This document shows positions 1 to 10,032 of a stretch of 64,000 nt of DNA, in pieces. The stretch is taken from the NCBI GenBank assembly GCA_963823655.1, contig CAWGMK010000006.1, forward strand, positions 32,001 to 96,000, read 5' to 3'. Numbering within the stretch: the stretch's first letter is position 1; each line of letters opens with the position of its first letter. The notes beneath the pieces were generated by a model. It was not told where the DNA came from. It searched no databases and worked only from the letters and a program-made list of their open reading frames with translations. The position numbers and the translations under genes are program-made. The stretch is from an uncultured Bacillota bacterium (GTDB lineage Bacteria > Bacillota > DTU025 > MWDF01).

Positions 1-226
1 GGAGGAGATCAGGGGGACTGTCATGGGGATAATCAACTCCATCACGCTGCTGGGCGGCGCTGTCTTCCAACCCCTGATGGGAGTGTTCATAAACGGCAGC
101 GCATCAGGGTATCAGTTTGCCTTTTCCTTGGGGTTGGCGAGCTCAGTGATGTCGCTATTCGTATCCTACATGCTCTCCAGGAAATTCTCCAACTCTCTAA
201 TAAGCCATTGTGTTGGGTATCGATAG
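1..226 (+). CDS. MFS transporter, C-terminal fragment (truncated by window edge)
   Basis: GIINSITLLGGAVFQPLMG..GYQFAF matches the last two helices of an MFS transporter; the frame is open to the window edge. Confidence 0.65.
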   Translation, partial: EEIRGTVMGIINSITLLGGAVFQPLMGVFINGSASGYQFAFSLGLASSVMSLFVSYMLSRKFSNSLISHCVGYR

Positions 227-229
227 AGA

Positions 230-253
230 AGGGCAGGCCAAACGGCCTGCCCT
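230..253. terminator. Hairpin between convergent genes
   Basis: AGGGCAGGCC-aaac-GGCCTGCCCT perfect stem. Confidence 0.7.
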
Positions 254-279
254 CACTTGTATGAAGGGATTTTGATCTC

Positions 280-1760
280 TTACGCTTTTGTCACTTCAGC
301 CCAGAACATGACCTTGCCATCGAGATTCCTGGCACCGAAGCTTCTGCCGTGCATAGTCTGTATCGCCTTAACTATGGATAGCCCCAGGCCATATCGGCCA
401 TTCTCCCGGCTTCTTGCTTTGTCCGCCCTGTAGAAGCTGTCCCAAATGTAGGGAAGGCTGTCCGCGGGAATCGGATTGCCGTCATTAGTAATGCTTAGTA
501 TCCAGGAAGATGAATCCGACGAGCTTTCTACCGAAACTTTGATGCGGCCCTCCGGTTCGAGGTGCTCCACGGCGTTGTTGATGAAATTGATAAGGACCTG
601 CTCCACGCGGCGTTCGTCCGCGTAGGCGAGTGCCCCTTCCTGAAGCTCGAAATCCACCGATTCGAGCATCTCCGGATCCAGGCACCTGCTGGTGATCTTC
701 CTGACCATCTCAGGCAGGTCGAAGCTTGATAGCGACAGCTTGATAGCGCCGCTTTCGTACTGCGACAGCTCCAAAAGGTCGCTGACGAGCCTGTTCATCC
801 TGTCTGCCTCGTCCATGATGATGTCGCTGTAGTAGTTCCTCTTGCTTTCGTCCGCCGCGATGTTAAGCTTCAGTCCATCTGCATACCCTTGGATGATGGA
901 TATCGGCGTCCTGAGCTCATGGGAGACGTTGGCTACGAATTCCTTCCGCATCCGGTCCAGCTGGCGCTCATGCTCCAACTCCTTTTCAAGAAGCGCATTT
1001 TTGGACTTCAGGTCGTCAAGAGCAGCACTTAGCCTGTCAGACAGCTCATTGATGCTGATGCCAAGCTGCCCTAGCTCGTCCGCCTGCCGCGTCTCGCACT
1101 TCTTCGAGAAGTCCAGCTCCGCAATATTGCGTGCTATGCCGTTCATCTGTATAAGAGGCTCGGTGAATTTTCTGGAGAAGCCGATGGCCCAGATAACAGC
1201 CACTAGAAGGCCGAGGCCCACGACATAAAGGGTAAAGGTGCTGGCTACTGCGGCCCCTCTTTCTATGGAGCTCAGCATTACCCTCACATCCAGGGTGCTT
1301 CCGTCATCCAGCGCCTTCTCTATGCTCAGGTAGCTAATCTCAAGTTTAGGGTCTTTCTGCAGCTCGAATGTGGAGCCGTCAGGCAGCTTTTCGCTCGATA
1401 GCACCATCAGGGACTTCGTCCTCGCCTGGGGAAGTAGTCTGATGTCGGGGGGCGGTCCGAATGGCTGTCCATAATGCCTATTCTTGTGAAATAGCGCGGC
1501 ATGCCATCTGAGCCGATGATAGATACTGCCAGGTTGTTGCGCCTTTCGATCTGCTCAAGCTCGCTTGAGAGACCAGAATAATCCTCGCTGGTCCTGATTA
1601 CGGCTTCGATGATGGCCGTCTGCTTGCGCAGCATGTTCTTCTCTCTGGAGGTGTAGTAGGTCTCCAGCAGCGTGCTGTTCAGGATAATCAGGGCTGCCCC
1701 GAAGAGCAGCATTATGCCGGCGATGGAAAGCAGCAGCTTCTTTCTTATGCTGGGGCGCAT
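280..1760 (-). CDS. HAMP-domain sensor histidine kinase (one gene, frameshift near 1407)
   Basis: The 1407..1760 ORF has TM1 and the start of the sensor. The 280..1407 ORF has TM2, HAMP, H-box VSHELRTP, N-box and GLGLSIVK. The two ORFs abut out of frame. Confidence 0.9.
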
Positions 1761-2434
1761 CAGGATTCCACCTCCAGCTTGTAGCCGAACCCTCGGATCG
1801 TCTTGATCATCCTGCCTCCGTCGTCTCCAAGCTTAAGCCTGAGCCTTGCCATGTGGGTGTCTACTGTCCTCTCGTCGCCGTAATATGTATAGCCCCACAC
1901 GCTGGTCAGAAGCTGCCTTCTGCTGAAAACCTGCCCCAGATTGGAGGCGAGCATCATCAGCGTTTCGAATTCCTTGGGGGCGAGCTCCAGCTTCCTGCCT
2001 GCGTAGTGGACATCGTGGGTGGCGGCGTCGATTTCCAGAAGCCCCACTTTCACCTGTCCGGCCTTCACGGGCTGTGACCTTCTGAGAAGTGCGGCGACTC
2101 TTGCAAGAAGCAGCGCGAGGCTGAACGGTTTGGTTATGTAATCGTCCGCGCCTACTTCGAAGCCGTGCAGCTGGTCGAACTCCTCGGTCCTTGCTGTGAG
2201 CATCAGAATGGGCACACTGCTCAACTTCCTTATCTCCCGGCAGACGGTCCAGCCGTCATATTTGGGCATCATTACGTCCAATATCACAAGGGCGATGTCC
2301 GAGTTCTCTTCGAATGCCTCCAAGGCCTCTTTCCCGTCGGCAGCAGACACCGTCTGATAGCCCTGGCTGTTGAGGGCGTCTTCAACAAGCCCTCTTATCC
2401 TGCCCTCGTCATCAGCCACTAGAACCTTGATCAT
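1760..2434 (-). CDS. OmpR/PhoB-family response regulator
   Basis: Receiver domain (ADD, LDVMMP, GADDYITKPF) and winged helix (RTVDTHMARLRLKL, TIRGFGY). Confidence 0.95.
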   Translation of the reverse strand: MIKVLVADDEGRIRGLVEDALNSQGYQTVSAADGKEALEAFEENSDIALVILDVMMPKYDGWTVCREIRKLSSVPILMLTARTEEFDQLHGFEVGADDYITKPFSLALLLARVAALLRRSQPVKAGQVKVGLLEIDAATHDVHYAGRKLELAPKEFETLMMLASNLGQVFSRRQLLTSVWGYTYYGDERTVDTHMARLRLKLGDDGGRMIKTIRGFGYKLEVES

Positions 2435-2602
2435 CTGCTTGCCACCCTTCCTTCGGACATCGCTCGTATCTTCTTCATGCTTAACCCTTCCTGTTATATT
2501 TTACTCCTTTGGACCTTGAACCTTCTTGTGCAGTACTGCTAGGACTTATCGTTAAAGAGGCATCTTATTTCTGGCTTCTGTCATCCTCTATGGTTCAAAT
2601 GA

Positions 2603-2630
2603 TATTACGGCAATGTTACAGCTTTGTGAC
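2603..2630 (-). promoter_or_regulatory. Pho-box-like 11-bp tandem repeats upstream of the RR-HK operon
   Basis: Minus strand reads GTCACA-aagct-GTAACA-ttgcc-GTAATA, three hexamers at an 11-bp period. Confidence 0.55.
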
Positions 2631-2706
2631 GAGAAAATGAATTGGGTGTGAACATGGGCGCTGCGAAGGCGTATATAGGGTGCGCGATAAGCGCAGCACA
2701 AATGAA

Positions 2707-2732
2707 GAGGCCACCTCTTTTGAGATGGCCTC
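2707..2732 (-). terminator. Probable terminator after the nucleotidase gene
   Basis: GAGGCCA..CTC/GAG..TGGCCTC stem just past the stop at 2759. Confidence 0.55.
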
Positions 2733-2758
2733 ATAAGCTCAATTGGGATTCGAATTGC

Positions 2759-4573
2759 CTAGTGGAGGTTGCTCTTGTAAAGAAGCGGCATGTCGGCTGC
2801 CTTGCCCTTTGTCGCCCAATCCGTGGGTATGACCGTCCAGTTGCCGATCGGGGCAGGTTCCAGGACCGCAGTCTGCTTTTCTATCCACTTCATGATGTAG
2901 TACCTGAGGTCCTTGATTGTCGCGGAGGTTACGAACTTCATCGACTGCACGTCGGCTGCGTTCATGCCCGCACCCGTGGTGAGGTGGGCGCCGCCGCCCT
3001 GGGCGCGATAGGAGTTTATGGCCACGGAGTAAGTCTTGTTGAGGTCGAATGCGCCGCCCTTGCTCATCCCAAGTATCGTTACCCTGGAGCCGGCGGGCTT
3101 GCTTACGTCTACGATGTAGTCGATGCCTGCCGCAGAGTCGTAGTTATAGTACCTTGTGGCCTGCTCGGCGAGGCCGTTTGTGAGCTTGAGCGTCCCGTCC
3201 GCGTTCTTCGCGAACTTGATCAGATGGTCGGCATCGGATTTCATCGTGTCGAACCAGCCGGCATATGAGAACTCGATGAAGTCCTTGATCTGCTTGCCGG
3301 TCATGTTCATCGTGTACAGGAAGTTCTCGTATTTGTAGAGGTTGAACATATCCCTTACATACAGCGTCCCGTCGACGGATGTCGGAATCTGAGCGTCCGC
3401 AGAAAGGGGAGCCGCGAAGGAGATCTCAGCTCTGTTGAGCCCGAAGGACTCATCGCTTGTGAGCTCAAGCTGGATGTTGTGTATGAGGTCCACGAAGGCG
3501 CTGTCCTCGAACATGGAATCCCTGGTGCTGATGACACCCTTCATCTTGCCTATCGGCCTTGAGACATATGCCTTGACCGCGTCGAACTGCTTGGAGAAGG
3601 CGGCGATGAAGGCGGGATCCGCCGGCGTGCCGGCTATGTCTTTGATGGCTCCGTCTACCTTGTCTATCTTGTAGAGGCCTGTCGCCTTGTCTAATGTGAG
3701 GTCCACTTTGACCTGGGCAATGCTGCGGCAGGCGTTCTGGGCGCCGTATATGCGCACTGTCCTGCCGTCTGGGCCGGTCACTGACTCATTGTACTTGTTG
3801 TGGTCATGGCCTACGAATATGAAGTCGAAGCCCGGGACCGTGAGGGCTACCAGCTTGGAGGCGTTCTCGCCGTCTGTCGCCTTGCCCGTGCCCATCCCGG
3901 AATGGAACAGGCCTATCACTACGTCCGGCTTCTCCGTCTCGCGCACTATCTTCATCCACTTCTCGGCAGACGCTACCATGCCGTCGAACCTCATGCCGCT
4001 CCAGAACTGGGAGGGCAGCCAGTTGGGTATCCAGGGGGTTACCAGGCCTATGACGGCCACTTTGACCCCGCCCTTGTCGAGTATGGTGTAGGGCTTGAAA
4101 TAGGGCTCGCCGTTGTCGGTGCGCACGGCATTTGCGGCGAGCATCGGCACTGCGAGCTCCTTGGCGAGCTTGTCATAAACCGGATGCCCGGCTTCTATGT
4201 CGTGGTTGCCCATTATTGTCGCATCGGGTTTGAGGTATGAGAAGATCTCTGTCAAAAGGTGCTTGGACGCCATGTCCTCGAAATTGTAGTAATACACAGA
4301 GGGCTGGCCCTGCAGATTGTCGCCGTTATCAAGATAGATTACCTGCTGGCCGGCTTTTGCCCTCTCCTGGGCGAGTATTGTGGAAACCTGCGCCAGCGAG
4401 CCGTCGACGGCCTTGTCCGTTATGAAATCGTATGGGAAGAACGAACCGTGTATGTCTGTCGTCTCAATGATAACAAGGCTTGCTTTGTCGGGTCTGTCGG
4501 CCGCTATTGCCGGCGCCATCACTAGCAGGAGCGCGAGCATTACAGCTGTTATTGCGATAGGCAGTCTTCTCAT
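2759..4573 (-). CDS. Secreted 2',3'-cyclic-nucleotide 2'-phosphodiesterase / nucleotidase (CpdB/UshA family)
   Basis: Signal peptide; TTDIHG, DNGDNLQG, GNHD, GHDH metallophosphoesterase motifs; YKYENFL and NSYRAQGGG C-terminal domain motifs. Confidence 0.9.
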   Translation of the reverse strand: MRRLPIAITAVMLALLLVMAPAIAADRPDKASLVIIETTDIHGSFFPYDFITDKAVDGSLAQVSTILAQERAKAGQQVIYLDNGDNLQGQPSVYYYNFEDMASKHLLTEIFSYLKPDATIMGNHDIEAGHPVYDKLAKELAVPMLAANAVRTDNGEPYFKPYTILDKGGVKVAVIGLVTPWIPNWLPSQFWSGMRFDGMVASAEKWMKIVRETEKPDVVIGLFHSGMGTGKATDGENASKLVALTVPGFDFIFVGHDHNKYNESVTGPDGRTVRIYGAQNACRSIAQVKVDLTLDKATGLYKIDKVDGAIKDIAGTPADPAFIAAFSKQFDAVKAYVSRPIGKMKGVISTRDSMFEDSAFVDLIHNIQLELTSDESFGLNRAEISFAAPLSADAQIPTSVDGTLYVRDMFNLYKYENFLYTMNMTGKQIKDFIEFSYAGWFDTMKSDADHLIKFAKNADGTLKLTNGLAEQATRYYNYDSAAGIDYIVDVSKPAGSRVTILGMSKGGAFDLNKTYSVAINSYRAQGGGAHLTTGAGMNAADVQSMKFVTSATIKDLRYYIMKWIEKQTAVLEPAPIGNWTVIPTDWATKGKAADMPLLYKSNLH

Positions 4574-4835
4574 GGCATAACCTCCCCAAGAAACTTAGTC
4601 CACAAGGATATTCTACACAAGGGCAGGGCAGGCGGGCCTAAAATTTATGGATAAAAGCGCAAGAATAATAATGCGGGGAAGGAGAATGATATGCATATGG
4701 AGTAAAATATATATGTGCTGCTCGGTTGGCAGATTAAGCCAATCTGACCACCATATGCGTAGTTAGACCGGGCAGGCGAGGCATTATTATGTGTCCGGAT
4801 GGATAGAGAATCCGGTAAAGATGGAGGTAGCGAAG

Positions 4836-5471
4836 ATGATGGAGATGCCGTCGAGCTTCTACCGCTGGGCCTATGGTAAGAGGGCCGATATGGTAAGAAG
4901 GCTGGCCTCAGGCGAGAAAGTGGATCCTACGAGGATGTTCCTAAGCTTCACGACGCACTGCCCGACCTTCATTTCTAATGGCCCTGCCGGCCTTAACGCT
5001 TCCGTAAAGGGAATAGGCTGGCTGCCCAAGAAGGAATATATGCAGGAGACGCTCGACGCGTACCTGAAGCATATCGCCACAGGCTGGCGCGAAGGCTACA
5101 GCGACGACGGGCTGAAGCTGCTGGTAGAGCTTCTTTACGGCGAAGGCTGCGAGAAGAGGGTGGACTTCACGGTTATGAGCTCGATGGAGCTTGCCAAGAA
5201 GCACAGCTGGGAGAACTTCAACGACAACAAGAACATTACGCTCAGCTTCTTCGAGCCGCCCGTAATCCATTACGAGCTCAGAGGCAAAATTGAGATCGTA
5301 AACGACGGCATCTTGCATAAACTTGTAAACGCACAGCATGACGTGTATCATCAACCTAATCCCGACCGCTGGCCCAACAGGCCGGTCTACATAGTCCACA
5401 TAGAGGAGATCTTCGACAATTCGGCCACCAAGGCCGGCTTCGGTACGAAGATGGATGTAATCAAAGAATAG
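4836..5471 (+). CDS. Pyridoxamine 5'-phosphate oxidase-like (FMN split-barrel) protein
   Basis: HSWENF..NKNITLSF, YELRG, IEEIFDNS pattern; GGAGG RBS before ATG 4836. Confidence 0.6.
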   Translation: MMEMPSSFYRWAYGKRADMVRRLASGEKVDPTRMFLSFTTHCPTFISNGPAGLNASVKGIGWLPKKEYMQETLDAYLKHIATGWREGYSDDGLKLLVELLYGEGCEKRVDFTVMSSMELAKKHSWENFNDNKNITLSFFEPPVIHYELRGKIEIVNDGILHKLVNAQHDVYHQPNPDRWPNRPVYIVHIEEIFDNSATKAGFGTKMDVIKE

Positions 5472-5491
5472 TATTCCCGGAGGTGAGAAAT

Positions 5492-7096
5492 ATGAAGCGT
5501 TTGGTCGCGGCGGCCTTCGTCGTCGCCCTGCTTCTTTCAATGGGGGCAAACGCCGCCAAGGACGACTCGGGAGTGTTCCGCATCGGAGTGCTCGAGGACG
5601 CCAAGAACCTGAACCCGTATTTCGGCTTTCTGAGCACTGAAAGCACGGTTACAGGCGAGGTATACGACACACTTTTCAACTACGATGAGGTGAGCAAGAA
5701 GCTCAACGGAAACATCGTCTCCAAATGGGAGACGAAGGATAATTTCGCCTGGAAGATGACCATCAATCCGAACTTCAAGTGGTCGGACGGCAAGCCTTTG
5801 ACCGTGGACGATGTAGTCTTCACCTACGAGATGATAATAAAGAGCAAGTTCCCCGGCCAGATGGCCATACTTGCCACATTCAAAAGCATCAAGAAGATAG
5901 ACGACAAGTGCTTCGAGATGGAGTTCACGACGCCCGCTTTGAGCAACCTGAGGTTCGCAGGCACTGCCATATTGATCGTGCCCAAGCACATCTGGTCGAC
6001 GATAAAACAGCCCAGGGCGTTCGCCAACCTCAACCCGATAGGCTCGGGCCCCATGATACTCAAGCAGAAGGTGGACGGCCAGTACATAGTGCTTGAGGTC
6101 AGGAAGGACCATCCCGTCAGGAAATACAATTTCGACACCATGGAGCTCATTATTATCAGGGACCAGACCATGGGGATAATGTCCTTGAGAGACGGCGCCT
6201 TCGACTATTTCGACAGCAGGGTGCCCCCCCAGATAGCGGAGGACATTAAGGCCAATCCTGGTCAGTACAAGGACGTCAAAGTGGACGTCAACAGCACGAC
6301 TTCGATCACCACGCTGATGTTCAACCTGAGGAAGGCCCCGTACAACAACATCAAGTTCAGGCAGGCGGTGGCGCTGACCATAGACCAGGAGAAGCTCATA
6401 AAGACGGTGCTGATGGGATATGGCGCTGTAGCCAGCCCTTCCATGGTCATGCCGTTCGTAGAATGGGCGAACAGCAGCATAAAGCCCATCAAAGCGGATG
6501 TCGCAGCAGCCAAGAAGCTGCTGGCCGACGCCGGCTTCAAGGATGTGGACAACGACAAGTACGTGGAGATGCCCGACGGCAAGAAGCTCAGGATGGAAAT
6601 CCTGTGCCCGAACGCCGGCACCGCCATGATAATCGCCGAATATGTGGCATTCGGCCTGAAGTCGGTTGGCATCAACGCTACCCATTCGCCCATGTCGGCG
6701 GATGCGCTGCTGAATGAATTCAAAGGCGGCGAGTTCGACGCAGGCATTTCATCGCTCGGCTTCTCTGAGCCCAGGGATATGTACTTCTATCATTTCCACA
6801 GCTCAAGGGGCGTCCTTGCTGAGGGCAGGGTCGCAGGGTTCAATTACGGGGGCTTCAACAACGCCGAGTTCGACGAGCTGTCCACCGCGATGCGCTCGGA
6901 AAACGACGAGGACAAGCAATTCGCCCAGCTGAGAAGGCTGCAGGAGATCGTGGCGGCGGCGTACTACCAGGTGCCGATCTATTCGGCATCGAACATATCT
7001 CTATACCGCGACGACAGGTTCAAGGGCTGGAGCAGCGTAGAAGGGCTATCGATACTCAACTCGCATACCATGAGGAACCTTACGCCGGTTAAATAG
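5492..7096 (+). CDS. oppA: Peptide/nickel ABC transporter substrate-binding protein (family 5)
   Basis: Signal peptide; KWSDGKPLTVDDVVFT, PIGSGP, FNLRKAPY motifs. Confidence 0.9.
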   Translation: MKRLVAAAFVVALLLSMGANAAKDDSGVFRIGVLEDAKNLNPYFGFLSTESTVTGEVYDTLFNYDEVSKKLNGNIVSKWETKDNFAWKMTINPNFKWSDGKPLTVDDVVFTYEMIIKSKFPGQMAILATFKSIKKIDDKCFEMEFTTPALSNLRFAGTAILIVPKHIWSTIKQPRAFANLNPIGSGPMILKQKVDGQYIVLEVRKDHPVRKYNFDTMELIIIRDQTMGIMSLRDGAFDYFDSRVPPQIAEDIKANPGQYKDVKVDVNSTTSITTLMFNLRKAPYNNIKFRQAVALTIDQEKLIKTVLMGYGAVASPSMVMPFVEWANSSIKPIKADVAAAKKLLADAGFKDVDNDKYVEMPDGKKLRMEILCPNAGTAMIIAEYVAFGLKSVGINATHSPMSADALLNEFKGGEFDAGISSLGFSEPRDMYFYHFHSSRGVLAEGRVAGFNYGGFNNAEFDELSTAMRSENDEDKQFAQLRRLQEIVAAAYYQVPIYSASNISLYRDDRFKGWSSVEGLSILNSHTMRNLTPVK

Positions 7097-7123
7097 CCGC
7101 CATAAGGGGAAAGAGACCGCTAA

Positions 7124-8091
7124 ATGAGCTTCGCCTATTTCATAAAGAGGCTGGCGCAGATAGCCCTGATAATGGCTATCGTAATAACGCTGAACTTCTT
7201 CCTGCCGCGTGTCATCTCCGGGGATCCGGCAAAGTTTCTTGTAGAGGACCCCAGGCTTACCCCGGAGATGAAGCAGGAGATAAGGGCGCAGTACGGCCTG
7301 GACAAGTCGCTCTTCGAGCAGTTCATCGTCTATTTGCAGGAGCTGTCGAAGGGAAATCTGGGCACGTCTTTCGCATATAGGCGGCCCGTAATCGACATCA
7401 TCGCAAGCAAGATACCGTGGACGCTTGCGCTTACGGTAACGGCCAAGCTCATCTCCGTGATCGGCGGCATAATTTACGGCTGCTTCGCCGCCTGGCGCAG
7501 GGGCAGGTTCGCCGATTCCGCGCTTCTGTCCGGGGCGATAATAATGACCGCGGTCCCCAGCTTCTGGTTCGCCATGATTCTCATACTCATCTTCGGCTTC
7601 ACATTGAAGTGGCTGCCGCCATTCGGCATGATGGACAGAGGGCTTACGATGATGTCCCCCGAGATGATAGCAAGCGTCGCCAAGCATGCCATACTGCCGG
7701 TGGTGACGATGTCGGTGCCGGGGATAATCGGCTATGCGGTACTGGTAAGAAACAGCATGGTCAGGATCATCGGCCAGGACTTCATAAGGACGGCGAGGGC
7801 GAAGGGCGCATCGCCCGCCTCGGTGCTCTACAGGCACGCGTTCAGGAATGCAACTCTGCCTCTGGTAACCAGCGTGGGCATGAACCTGGCGGGGTAATCG
7901 GCGGCGCAGTGGTGATCGAGACCATATTCTCCTGGGATGGCATGGGCCTGCTTATGATTGAGGCGTCCAGGAGCTTCGACTATCCATTAATGCAGGGCGT
8001 AATGCTCGTCCTGTCCAGTGTGACCGTGACGGCCAACTTCCTCACCGACCTGGTGTACGCGAAGCTTGACCCTCGCGTGAAGCTGGAATAG
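7124..8091 (+). CDS. oppB: Peptide ABC permease (frameshift in G-run near 7890)
   Basis: GDPA, YGLDKS, DFIRTARAKG, HAFRNA; continues in another frame as GGAVVIETIFSWDGMG..DPRVK. Confidence 0.9.
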
Positions 8092-8101
8092 GGGGGCCGG
8101 G

Positions 8102-9034
8102 ATGATAAAACTTCTTAAAGGCATACTGAAACATCAGACGGGAAGAGTTGGCCTCATAATGGTGGCCTTTGTAATAGTTGTCGCCATATTCGCCCACTTC
8201 ATAGCGCCATTTGATCCATACGACCTTTTCTCGAGGGACCTGCCGCGACTTGCCCCCTCAGCTGCGCATTGGCTGGGCACGGACCACATAGGAAACGACA
8301 TCCTCTCGAAGCTCATCTACGGGGCCAGGGTGTCGCTTATAGTCGGCATCATCACTGGCATAAGCTCGACGCTGCTGGGCGCGGTGCTTGGCATGATGGC
8401 GGGCTACCTGGGAGGCTGGTTCGACACTTTGATCATGAGGGCTGTTGACGTGCTGATGACGATACCGTCGCTTCCTCTCATGATACTGATAGCGACATAC
8501 GTCGGGACCCAGTTCTACATGATAATAATCATCTTCACCCTTCTGGGCTGGACCGGCATGGCGAGGACCATCCGCGCCCAGGTCCTCAGCCTGAAGAGCC
8601 AGAAGTACATAACGGCGGCGGAGCTTGCGGGCGCAAGCAGGCCGTATGTCATGTTCAGGCACATACTCCCCGAAGTCTCCCCGCTCTTGATCGTTTCGGG
8701 CGTGCTATCCGCAGCCGGCGTCATGGTGGCGGAGGCGGGCTTGAGCTTCCTCGGCTTCGGGGACCCGAAGGCGATAAGCTGGGGCAAGATGCTTTTCGAG
8801 GCACAGGCGAACCACGGCCTGCTGCTGAAGGCATGGTGGTGGGTGCTCTCTCCGGGAGTTGCGATATTCATTACCGTCATAGGCTTCATGCTCGTCGGCT
8901 ACGCCCTTGAGGAGATAGTAAACCCCAGGGTAAGGCAGATGAGGGTCATGCAGCGCCTGTACTCGAAGCTTGTCGGCAACAAGGACTTCTGCCCTGTTCC
9001 CGTCAAGGCGAAGGGGGGCGAGGCGGATGCCTGA
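8102..9034 (+). CDS. oppC: Peptide ABC permease
   Basis: HWLGTDHIGNDILSKLIYGARVSL, EAGLSFLGFG, SWGKML. Confidence 0.92.
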   Translation: MIKLLKGILKHQTGRVGLIMVAFVIVVAIFAHFIAPFDPYDLFSRDLPRLAPSAAHWLGTDHIGNDILSKLIYGARVSLIVGIITGISSTLLGAVLGMMAGYLGGWFDTLIMRAVDVLMTIPSLPLMILIATYVGTQFYMIIIIFTLLGWTGMARTIRAQVLSLKSQKYITAAELAGASRPYVMFRHILPEVSPLLIVSGVLSAAGVMVAEAGLSFLGFGDPKAISWGKMLFEAQANHGLLLKAWWWVLSPGVAIFITVIGFMLVGYALEEIVNPRVRQMRVMQRLYSKLVGNKDFCPVPVKAKGGEADA

Positions 9035-10031
9035 GATGGTAGTTGATGTAAAGGCGCCGACCTTGCTCGATGTAAAGAACCTCCATGTCGGCTTCGCCAC
9101 CGAGGGCGGCTACATGCCGGTCGTCACGGGGATCGATTTGAACATACAAAAGGGCGAATTTGTGGCGCTGGTGGGCGAGAGCGGCTGCGGCAAGAGCATT
9201 ACTGCGCTTTCCATCATGCGCCTTCTAGACCTGCCGGGCTGCAGCGGGGCGGAGAGGATATCCTTCGAGGGCAAGGAGCTGCAGCTTATAACGGACTCGC
9301 AGATGCAGGCCCTAAGAGGGGACCGCATAAGCATGATCTTCCAGGACCCCATGACTGCGCTGAACCCGGTTTTCTCAATCGGGGACCAGATAGCCGAGGT
9401 CTTCAGGATACACAGGAAGATGAAGGATGATGAGGCTTCAAAGGCGGCCTGCGAGATGCTCCATAAGGTGGGGATACCGGAGCCGGACAGGCGTTGTAAG
9501 GAGTTTCCGCATCAGCTTTCCGGGGGCATGAGGCAGAGGATACTTATAGCGATGGCGGTGGCGCTGAAGCCGTCTCTTCTAATTGCGGACGAGCCCACGA
9601 CGGCGCTCGATGTGACGATACAGGCGCAGGTGCTCGACTTGATGGACCGCATCCAGAAAGAGATGGGTATGGCCCTTCTCATAGTCACCCACGACCTTGC
9701 CGTTGTGGCGGAGGTCGCAAAGAAAGTAATGGTAATGTACTGCGGGGAGATTGTGGAGGAGGCGCCGGTAGAGGCGCTCTACGATGAACCCCTGCACCCA
9801 TATACATCAGGCCTTATGAGGGCGATGCCCGTTATGAAGGGCGGAAAACGGGACAGGCTTTACCAGATACCGGGCACGGTGCCGCATCCCAGCCAAAGGG
9901 CAGAAGGGTGCCGCTTCGCCCCCAGGTGCGACAGGGTTTTCGAAGCGTGCTTGAAGACGCATCCTGAAATTGTCGAGAAGGACGGGCGCAAGGTGCGCTG
10001 CCTCCTGTACTCGGGGAAGGGGGGCGACTGA
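9027..10031 (+). CDS. oppD: Peptide ABC ATP-binding protein
   Basis: GESGCGKS, LSGGMRQR, DEPTTALD, C-terminal GCRFAPRC. Confidence 0.93.
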   Translation: MPEMVVDVKAPTLLDVKNLHVGFATEGGYMPVVTGIDLNIQKGEFVALVGESGCGKSITALSIMRLLDLPGCSGAERISFEGKELQLITDSQMQALRGDRISMIFQDPMTALNPVFSIGDQIAEVFRIHRKMKDDEASKAACEMLHKVGIPEPDRRCKEFPHQLSGGMRQRILIAMAVALKPSLLIADEPTTALDVTIQAQVLDLMDRIQKEMGMALLIVTHDLAVVAEVAKKVMVMYCGEIVEEAPVEALYDEPLHPYTSGLMRAMPVMKGGKRDRLYQIPGTVPHPSQRAEGCRFAPRCDRVFEACLKTHPEIVEKDGRKVRCLLYSGKGGD

Positions 10032-10032
10032 T

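Noticed and set aside
1390-1420. Programmed frameshift or true two-gene split of the kinase (TGATG overlap)
   Set aside because: No slippery site; the pieces make one standard kinase and similar breaks occur throughout the window
4760-4780. CCGGGCA suggested a ZTP or ykkC riboswitch 3' motif
   Set aside because: The conserved 5' elements of these classes are absent; kept only as an unknown leader
5537-6685. 382-aa antisense ORF within oppA
   Set aside because: A shadow frame from codon bias; no RBS or motifs, and fully opposite a well-supported gene
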